A DNA stretch of 64,000 bases from Candidatus Adlerbacteria bacterium. GTDB lineage: Bacteria; Patescibacteriota; Minisyncoccia; Phycocordibacterales; SBAW01. The stretch's first letter is position 1. The number at the start of each line of letters is the position of its first letter. A program made the position numbers and the translations under genes. The notes below the pieces were generated by a model. The model was not told where the DNA came from, searched no databases, and saw nothing but the letters and a program-made list of their open reading frames with translations. The stretch is from contig DAIDHJ010000001.1 in NCBI GenBank assembly GCA_027451965.1, forward strand, positions 251,276-315,275. The letters are read 5' to 3'. Shown here in pieces: positions 58,067-64,000 of this stretch.

Positions 58067-58477
58067 ATGACGTCTGTCAGTAGCTTTGTAAGTGTAATAT
58101 CAACAAATATCATTAATCCTATTCTGGAGCTCATTTTTGCTTCCGGACTCTTACTTTTTTTAGTGGGAGTAGTCCAGTTTTTAATAGCCCTTTATCAAGG
58201 GAATAATGATGCAAAAAAGAAAGGACAACAGCATTTATTGTGGGGTGTACTAGGTATGTTTGTGATGTTAAGTGCTGTTGCTATTCTCCATTTTATTGGA
58301 AGTATTGCCTGCCAAAACGGAAGTTTGACTAATTGTTTCCCAACCTCAACTAATAGCGGGGGCGGTTCCACCGGAGGCGGAGGTGGTAGTACTGGCGGAG
58401 GTGGAGGAAGTATAGGTGGTGGAGGCGGTTCCACCGGAGGCGGAGGTGGTAGTACTGGTAATGTTCACTTTCAATAA
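58067..58477 (+). CDS. VirB2-like pilin with C-terminal (STGGGGG)n
   Basis: IINPI..GVVQF..KKKGQQHLLWGVLGMFVM, then Gly repeats. Confidence 0.8.
   Translation: MTSVSSFVSVISTNIINPILELIFASGLLLFLVGVVQFLIALYQGNNDAKKKGQQHLLWGVLGMFVMLSAVAILHFIGSIACQNGSLTNCFPTSTNSGGGSTGGGGGSTGGGGGSIGGGGGSTGGGGGSTGNVHFQ
58361..58458 (+). repeat. Gly/Ser/Thr coding repeat (35-bp duplicate, 63-bp spacing)
   Basis: GGCGGTTCCACCGGAGGCGGAGGTGGTAGTACTGG at 58361 and 58424. Confidence 0.9.
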
Positions 58478-58494
58478 AAAAGCACCCTCACCTT

Positions 58495-59253
58495 TTATGG
58501 TGAGGGTGGTAGGAGAGCATATCCTCCAATCAGCGGCATGTTCTCTGCTAGGATCTTCTGGAAATGTGCTCCTGGTTTGATTCTTGCTGTTTTACCGCCA
58601 TCGGCAACACAGGTGGTTTTGTTCTGTAAATCGACGAAGCAGAAGGGTGTGCCTTCAGCAACATCGATATGCAGATTACAGTGTCCCGCTAAGTTTATTA
58701 CCTTGGACATCTGATGTGGTTTCAGATTTAAAGGTTGTTCAACTCCGTTACAAGCTGGGGTCATTGTCACACTCATCATTTGATTTGATAGAGCGTGTGT
58801 AGAACCTTGTGCTATGGTTGGAGTTGATACACTGGAAGGTGTTGTTGCAAAGTATGTGGTTATGTTTGGAACGACTCCGAAACACAGTATCAGACCACCA
58901 ATGCAACAGCCTTCGAGAAATCTTGCAGAACGCTCATGACCTATTCGTGCAAAAGCACGTAGTACCGGTATCTCCAAGAGAAACCAGATACCCAGGTTAA
59001 ACCATGGTCGGTGCAGGTTGTTAACCTGTAGTTGTAAGCCAATACCGTGTGCCATGACAATGAGCACGGCCACAATAAATGGACCAACGAGGAAATTCAC
59101 TGCCAGAAGGAGTCCTAAGGAGACGGTGAACAATCTCCCCAACGGAATTTCCCAGAATATCTGGATGAAAAACCGGATGACGTCCTGGAAAATTTTTCTT
59201 GCTTCTTCTGTAAGTGTTTCGAAAATTCCCTTTGGTGATGGGTTAGCCAACAC
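58495..59253 (-). CDS. Hypothetical membrane protein with Cys-containing extracellular domain (ORFan cassette)
   Basis: AAAGGAGG SD with GTG; TTGACA-16-TATACT at 59315-59288; hairpin CACCCTCACC..GGTGAGGGTG. Confidence 0.7.
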   Translation of the reverse strand: MLANPSPKGIFETLTEEARKIFQDVIRFFIQIFWEIPLGRLFTVSLGLLLAVNFLVGPFIVAVLIVMAHGIGLQLQVNNLHRPWFNLGIWFLLEIPVLRAFARIGHERSARFLEGCCIGGLILCFGVVPNITTYFATTPSSVSTPTIAQGSTHALSNQMMSVTMTPACNGVEQPLNLKPHQMSKVINLAGHCNLHIDVAEGTPFCFVDLQNKTTCVADGGKTARIKPGAHFQKILAENMPLIGGYALLPPSP

Positions 59254-59342
59254 AATTCCTCCTTTCAAAGGACGATGACTGTGAGGCAGTATAACATTAA
59301 TTTATTTTTTGTCAAATTATTATATTTATATAAAACCGATTG

Positions 59343-59424
59343 TGGGCGAGGGGAGACTCGAACTCCCAAGCCTTGCGGCACATGGTCCTAAGCCATGCGT
59401 GTCTACCAATTTCACCACTCGCCC
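59343..59424 (-). tRNA. tRNA-Leu(TAG)
   Basis: CATGG-CT-TAG-GA-CCATG; variable arm. Confidence 0.95.
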
Positions 59425-59438
59425 CCATATCAACGAAC

Positions 59439-59513
59439 TGGAGTCCACGGCGGGAATCGAACCCGCGTATAAGGGTTTTGCAGACCCATGCCTTACCACT
59501 TGGCCACGTGGAC
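59439..59513 (-). tRNA. tRNA-Cys(GCA)
   Basis: CT-GCA-AA loop; U73 and CCA encoded. Confidence 0.95.
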
Positions 59514-59581
59514 GCATGTTGTACTGTACCATGCATCATTCATTTTGAAATACATCACAACGGAGGTATAAAGATAGAGAA

Positions 59582-59669
59582 GCCGGGATGGCGGAATTGG
59601 TAGACGCGCGACACTTAAAATGTCGTGAGCTCGTATGGGCGCGTGTGGGTTCGATTCCCACTCCCGGCA
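59582..59669 (+). tRNA. tRNA-Leu(TAA)
   Basis: CGACA-CT-TAA-AA-TGTCG; variable arm. Confidence 0.95.
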
Positions 59670-59709
59670 CATTGTGAGAGTGTTTATTATATTGTAGTTT
59701 GATACATAT

Positions 59710-59782
59710 CCGCCCATAGCTCAATTGGTAGAGCAGCTGCCTCTTAAGCAGTTGGTTGTAGGTTCGAGTCCTACTGGGCGGA
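59710..59782 (+). tRNA. tRNA-Lys(CTT)
   Basis: GCTGC-CT-CTT-AA-GCAGT. Confidence 0.93.
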
Positions 59783-59798
59783 CTTATTTATGAGTTTC

Positions 59799-60221
59799 TT
59801 ATGGAAGCGGACCTCTTATAGTTCCGGGATTATTAGGAGGATTATTATTAGTACTATATCCGCCCAGTACAGGAGCAGATTGTGTAGCGGTAGCACTTAT
59901 ACCAAAAACATTTTGTATAACGGTAATGATTCCCCAGAGAGACACCATAATAAAGAGCGCGGAAATACCTGCAATCATAATCGCTTTTGATTTTGCTTTA
60001 TCGTCCGGTTTTGCGATGTATTGTATTAACCCAACAAAGAATACAACTATAGCGAGTGTAACTAAAATGGGAACAAGATCACTCAGAATCTTCCCAATGG
60101 TTGCGATAAGGTTTTCCCAATTTGTAACAGTCTGAACACCTTGATAACCAACAGAGCTTTGTGCAGAGGCTAATAGTGGTATAAAAAAAATACTTCCCAC
60201 GGTGCCCAGTAGCTTTTTCAT
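59799..60221 (-). CDS. VirB2-like pilin (paralog of 57674..58036)
   Basis: Signal ending ASA-Q; GLIQYIAKPDDKAKSKAIMIAGISALFIMVSLWGII. Confidence 0.82.
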   Translation of the reverse strand: MKKLLGTVGSIFFIPLLASAQSSVGYQGVQTVTNWENLIATIGKILSDLVPILVTLAIVVFFVGLIQYIAKPDDKAKSKAIMIAGISALFIMVSLWGIITVIQNVFGISATATQSAPVLGGYSTNNNPPNNPGTIRGPLP

Positions 60222-60309
60222 ATAAATTTTGAGTACATATACACTCTAACAAAAATCTGCATTTTATACAAGAAAATGAAGAGTATGTCCAATTGTGCAC
60301 CTGTAGTAT

Positions 60310-60627
60310 TCAGGAGAGTTCATCTAGTCGTTGTCGATTTTTCTCTCCTTTATCGATCATAAATTCAATGTGCGGCATACGCATACCGCGTACACGAGTG
60401 CGTAGAAATTCTGCAAGTTCGCCACAGTGTCGATTTGCAAACTCTAAACCGGATTGCTCGGCACTTTCTGGAAGTACGGTAATAAAAATAGTAGCGCGTC
60501 GTCCATCGTGAGAAAGGTCAGTATCGGTGACCGTAATAAGTGACTGGCGGCTTGCTTCACGAGCAAGGAATTCTGCCGCTGCTTCTCGTACTGCTTCTCG
60601 AGCGCGTTCTTCTCGATTGCTGTTCAT
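60310..60627 (-). CDS. rbfA: Ribosome-binding factor A
   Basis: ITVT..DLS.D...ATIF, MPHIEF..D; coupled to infB. Confidence 0.88.
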   Translation of the reverse strand: MNSNREERAREAVREAAAEFLAREASRQSLITVTDTDLSHDGRRATIFITVLPESAEQSGLEFANRHCGELAEFLRTRVRGMRMPHIEFMIDKGEKNRQRLDELS

Positions 60628-62138
60628 ACCAGTGTGATTTCGTACGTTATGAGCGTATCTCCTGTCGCCGGTGTGCCGGTTGTTTTTAGTAATGCGCCAA
60701 ATTCTTTACCTTTCTCTACTTTTTTTACTTCTGTTTTTTGTGTCTGCAGTGAAAGAATTTCTCCGCGTCCTATTTCAAGGTCGCGACGCATAATCTTACA
60801 GGCATTTCCTACTGCAAGCTCTCCTTCTTCAACTCTTCCGCCAAGCACTATTCTATTTTTTATTGTGCTGAATATTTTCAAAATGCGAGCAGACGCAATG
60901 ATTGATTCCTGATGTGTCCGTGGACGCCGTTGTTCTATTTCCGTACTGAGCCACTCGCTGAGTTTGTAGATGATATCAAATAGGGCAATAGTAACGCCGA
61001 GACGTTCCGCAATGTCTTTCGCTTCTTTCTCTATTTTTACGTTGAACCCTAGAATAATGCCAGGAGTAGATCCGGCGCCGAGCATGCGTACATCGCTTTC
61101 AGTGATATTGCCAACATTCGTAGCAATAACACGTATCTCAAGTCCTGCAGCTGCAGGAATTTTTTCTATTTCATGCCGTACTGCTTCTCCAGTTCCTGCA
61201 ACATCGGTTTTAATAAGAAGCGGAAGTATGGTCGGTTTATTCTCTTCTTCTGTTTCTGATTGGGAAAAAGGAGAAATCGACTCGCGCAAGGGTACAGCTT
61301 GTGCAACTGCTTCCTCAGCTTGTTTTTTTGTTTCTACTGTATGCCATATATCTCCCACTTTAGGCAGGGAAGAGAATCCAACGATGCGTATCGGACTTCC
61401 TGCTGAGGCATGTTTCACCTGTACTCCGAGAAAATTCTCCATGATGCGCACCGGTGCATACGCTTTTCCTGATACGGCGAATTCGCCGGTAGCGATACTG
61501 CCATCTTTAATGATGAGTGTTGCGGTGTTGCCACGGCGAGGGTCTACATTTGCCTCTATCACCACACCTTCCGCGGGAATAGCAGGATGTGCAGCGAGTC
61601 CTTCCAGTTCAGCGGCCAAAAGAATGAGATCGAGTAGTTCTGGAACACCTGCTCCGGTTTTTCCTGATACGGCGACATACGGTACGTCTCCCCCCATACC
61701 TTCCAAAAATACTTGCTGTTCCAGCAGTGACAGTTTTGCACGTTCCAAGTCGCTACCCGGTTTGTCTATCTTGGTAAATGCGACGATATAGGGAATCTGT
61801 GCTTGTGTAATGAGTTGTAATGCCTCTAGTGTCTGCGGTTTGACTCCCTCTTCCGAGGACACGACAAGCACGGCCACGTCCGCCACCTCCAGTCCTCGGG
61901 ATCGCATGGCACGGAATGCTTCATGGCCGGGCGTATCGAGAAAGGTAATATGGCGTATTCCTTGGGGCGTTTGATGTTCCGCTTCATATGCAGAGAGATG
62001 TTGGGTAATGCCTCCTACTTCAGAAGCAACCACATTTGTACGGCGAATATAATCGAGCAAGGTCGATTTTCCGTGATCGATGTGTCCTACAATAGCGACA
62101 ATGGGAGGACGCTCCTGCGTCGTTGGTTGCTGTTCCAT
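60624..62138 (-). CDS. infB: Translation initiation factor IF-2 (no N-terminal domain)
   Basis: [34 protein letters not shown]. Confidence 0.97.
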   Translation of the reverse strand: MEQQPTTQERPPIVAIVGHIDHGKSTLLDYIRRTNVVASEVGGITQHLSAYEAEHQTPQGIRHITFLDTPGHEAFRAMRSRGLEVADVAVLVVSSEEGVKPQTLEALQLITQAQIPYIVAFTKIDKPGSDLERAKLSLLEQQVFLEGMGGDVPYVAVSGKTGAGVPELLDLILLAAELEGLAAHPAIPAEGVVIEANVDPRRGNTATLIIKDGSIATGEFAVSGKAYAPVRIMENFLGVQVKHASAGSPIRIVGFSSLPKVGDIWHTVETKKQAEEAVAQAVPLRESISPFSQSETEEENKPTILPLLIKTDVAGTGEAVRHEIEKIPAAAGLEIRVIATNVGNITESDVRMLGAGSTPGIILGFNVKIEKEAKDIAERLGVTIALFDIIYKLSEWLSTEIEQRRPRTHQESIIASARILKIFSTIKNRIVLGGRVEEGELAVGNACKIMRRDLEIGRGEILSLQTQKTEVKKVEKGKEFGALLKTTGTPATGDTLITYEITLV

Positions 62139-62150
62139 AATATATGTTCG

Positions 62151-62663
62151 TTAACGATCTGCGGTGTGGTCTGCAATAGCACCTTTTGCTTTCTCTATCG
62201 CTTCCTGTTCCTCTTTACTGAGTTCGAACGTGGATTTGCCGTGTGCGACTGGTTTTCCGTACACCGCCATACGATCACGGGCGTAAAGACTTGAAAATAC
62301 CACCCCGTCATGTTTTTCGTCAAGAAACGCGACTGCAAAGCTTTGATTACCACCAGAGCCATCTCCAGAGAACGGATTAAAGCGAATAACGCCCAGGCCG
62401 GATATACTTCCTTGTAGTCGTTTTTCTACCAGTTTGAGATATCGCTCCAACTCACTGCGGAAGGTTTTTAAGTGAGTAATATCGTTGGAAAGCATACCTA
62501 CGCTCTCTTCGAGAGATCCGGTTTTTCCTAACATGAGGCGCGAAAGGCGCTGATGGAGAGATATCAGAAAGAAGAGTGCAATAAGCGCTGCGAGGAGTGC
62601 AAATCCGGCAAGATAGGGAGTAAGTGCCAGTAGCCATAGAGGGGTTGGGAGTGAAAATGCCAT
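62151..62663 (-). CDS. DUF4446-like membrane protein
   Basis: TM + coiled coil + RFNPF..GGNQSF, LSKEE. Confidence 0.8.
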   Translation of the reverse strand: MAFSLPTPLWLLALTPYLAGFALLAALIALFFLISLHQRLSRLMLGKTGSLEESVGMLSNDITHLKTFRSELERYLKLVEKRLQGSISGLGVIRFNPFSGDGSGGNQSFAVAFLDEKHDGVVFSSLYARDRMAVYGKPVAHGKSTFELSKEEQEAIEKAKGAIADHTADR

Positions 62664-62684
62664 AGACAGAAGTATACTGTACCC
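62664..62684. promoter_or_regulatory. Bidirectional leaderless promoter (AGTATACT)
   Basis: 21-bp spacer; palindrome at 62671-62678; same 7/6-nt geometry as 33474-33494. Confidence 0.75.
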
Positions 62685-63881
62685 ATGGCATTTTGGAAAA
62701 AACGCGTCTATGCAGACGCTGCTGCAGCAACGCCCCTTTCTCCTATCGCTCGCACTGAGCTTATTCGGCTCTTAGGATTGTATGGCAATGCAGGAGCGCT
62801 CCATCAGGAAGGAGTTGCAGCCCATGCTGCATTGGAGACAGCACGCACTACTATTGCAACCGCTATTGGTGCGCATGCAGATGAAATTATCTTCACGGGA
62901 AATGGTACGGAAGGGAATAATCTTGCGATACAGGGCAGTATACGGCCGCTCCTCTCGCAGCATGGAGAGGTACACGCTATTACTTCGGTGATAGAACATC
63001 AGTCTGTATTAGAACCACTGCATGCGCTTGAACGAGACGGTCTCTATACCACGCTGCTTGACGTTGATGGTGAGGGATTGATTGATCCACAAGAGCTTGC
63101 CGCAGCAATGAATAGCGAGACCGTGTGTATTTCCATACAGCTGGTCAATAGCGAGATAGGAACGGTGCAGCCAATCAAAGAGATTGCGAAAGAGGTGCGC
63201 CGCATACGAAAACAGCGCAACGAAGAGGGCAATACGCTTCCATTGTATTTCCACTGCGATGCATCACAAGCGCCACTCTGGATTCCGCTTCATATGGATG
63301 CATTGGGTGTGGATTTCTTGACGCTTGATGGACAAAAAGTACTTGGACCAAAAGGAGTTGGGGCACTGTTTGTTCGTCGCGGATGCACACTGGAACCGTT
63401 ATTATTTGGCGGCTCTCAAGAACGGGGATTGCGCGGAGGTACGCCGAATGTGCCGCTTGCCGGATCATTCGCTCTGGCACTCAAAGAAGCACAAGCTCAT
63501 GCAACGGAACGCAGTGAACGAGTAGAAAGGGTACGCAATCAACTGTTCTTCGATATTCAACAGTATCTTCCAACCGCCGTACTGAATGGACCACAGTTTG
63601 CACACCGTGTTGCGAATAATCTCAACATTTCCATCCCGGGCCTTGAAGGAGAAACCGGAGTGATCGCCCTTGATGTGGAAGGAATCGCTGCGTCTACACG
63701 TTCTGCATGCAGCGTACAAGAAGATACTGTTTCGCATGTTCTTGCCGCACTACGGGTTCCCCTGGAAGAGGCGCGCGGTGCTATCCGTTTGACCTTGTTG
63801 CCAGATGTGACAGTAGCAGATGCGCACGCTATCGTACATGGGCTTATTCGCGTTGCGAAAAGGTATAAATCCGTTGTATAA
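62685..63881 (+). CDS. Cysteine desulfurase (IscS/NifS-like)
   Basis: DAAAATP, GTEGNN, HCDASQ, QKVLGPKG, SACS. Confidence 0.92.
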   Translation: MAFWKKRVYADAAAATPLSPIARTELIRLLGLYGNAGALHQEGVAAHAALETARTTIATAIGAHADEIIFTGNGTEGNNLAIQGSIRPLLSQHGEVHAITSVIEHQSVLEPLHALERDGLYTTLLDVDGEGLIDPQELAAAMNSETVCISIQLVNSEIGTVQPIKEIAKEVRRIRKQRNEEGNTLPLYFHCDASQAPLWIPLHMDALGVDFLTLDGQKVLGPKGVGALFVRRGCTLEPLLFGGSQERGLRGGTPNVPLAGSFALALKEAQAHATERSERVERVRNQLFFDIQQYLPTAVLNGPQFAHRVANNLNISIPGLEGETGVIALDVEGIAASTRSACSVQEDTVSHVLAALRVPLEEARGAIRLTLLPDVTVADAHAIVHGLIRVAKRYKSVV

Positions 63882-63890
63882 TAAGGCCCT

Positions 63891-64000
63891 ATGGACATTG
63901 AGCAACTCACTAAGCACCAAATTGTACTCCTGACATTGCTTGTAAGCTTCATGACGTCCATAGCGACCGGCATTGTGACCGTTTCTCTCATGAATCAAGC
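63891..64000 (+). CDS. Membrane-anchored protein (3' partial)
   Basis: MDIEQLTKHQIVLLTLLVSFMTSIATGIVTVSL; TATAAT-7 nt-ATG. Confidence 0.7.
   Translation, partial: MDIEQLTKHQIVLLTLLVSFMTSIATGIVTVSLMNQ

Noticed and set aside
56932-58458. Gly-rich DNA repeats as a CRISPR array
   Set aside because: Units are contiguous, in frame and lack unique spacers; no cas genes in the window
59309-59724. Several 60-87 aa ORFs over the tRNA cluster
   Set aside because: Spurious translations of tRNA genes

Overview
This is a 64-kb chromosomal segment from a small-genome bacterium, most likely Patescibacteria/CPR (Parcubacteria-like). The inference rests on shortened IF-2 and ValRS, VirB2-like pilin arrays, an orphan OppA-like protein beside secG, no biosynthetic operons and genetic code 11. 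Core content: rnj, secG, groES/EL, lemA-htpX, murJ-lepA, valS-tsaD, ftsA-ftsZ-trxB, ybeY, lepB, pth, rpsA, gyrA, infB-rbfA, a cysteine desulfurase, RNase P RNA and 11 tRNAs. Most notable observations: (1) a PanD-fold pyruvoyl decarboxylase that has lost the Asp-binding Arg54/Glu42 pair sits head-to-head with a CofE-like amide ligase on a shared 23-bp promoter, a candidate new decarboxylase-plus-ligase pathway; (2) a decayed island at tRNA-Ser carries a small protein plus an RloC-like ABC-ATPase/zinc-hook/HEPN-like nuclease; (3) two unannotated structured RNAs each have their own promoter and terminator, one with a 40-aa sORF; (4) core genes look leaderless, including three 21-23 bp bidirectional -10 promoters, whereas ORFan genes are solo cassettes with an SD and terminator and often a TTGACA-type promoter; (5) a class F sortase lies next to an LPNTG substrate; (6) five VirB2-like pilins, two with (STGGGGG)n tails. 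All calls come from reading the sequence; no database search was run.
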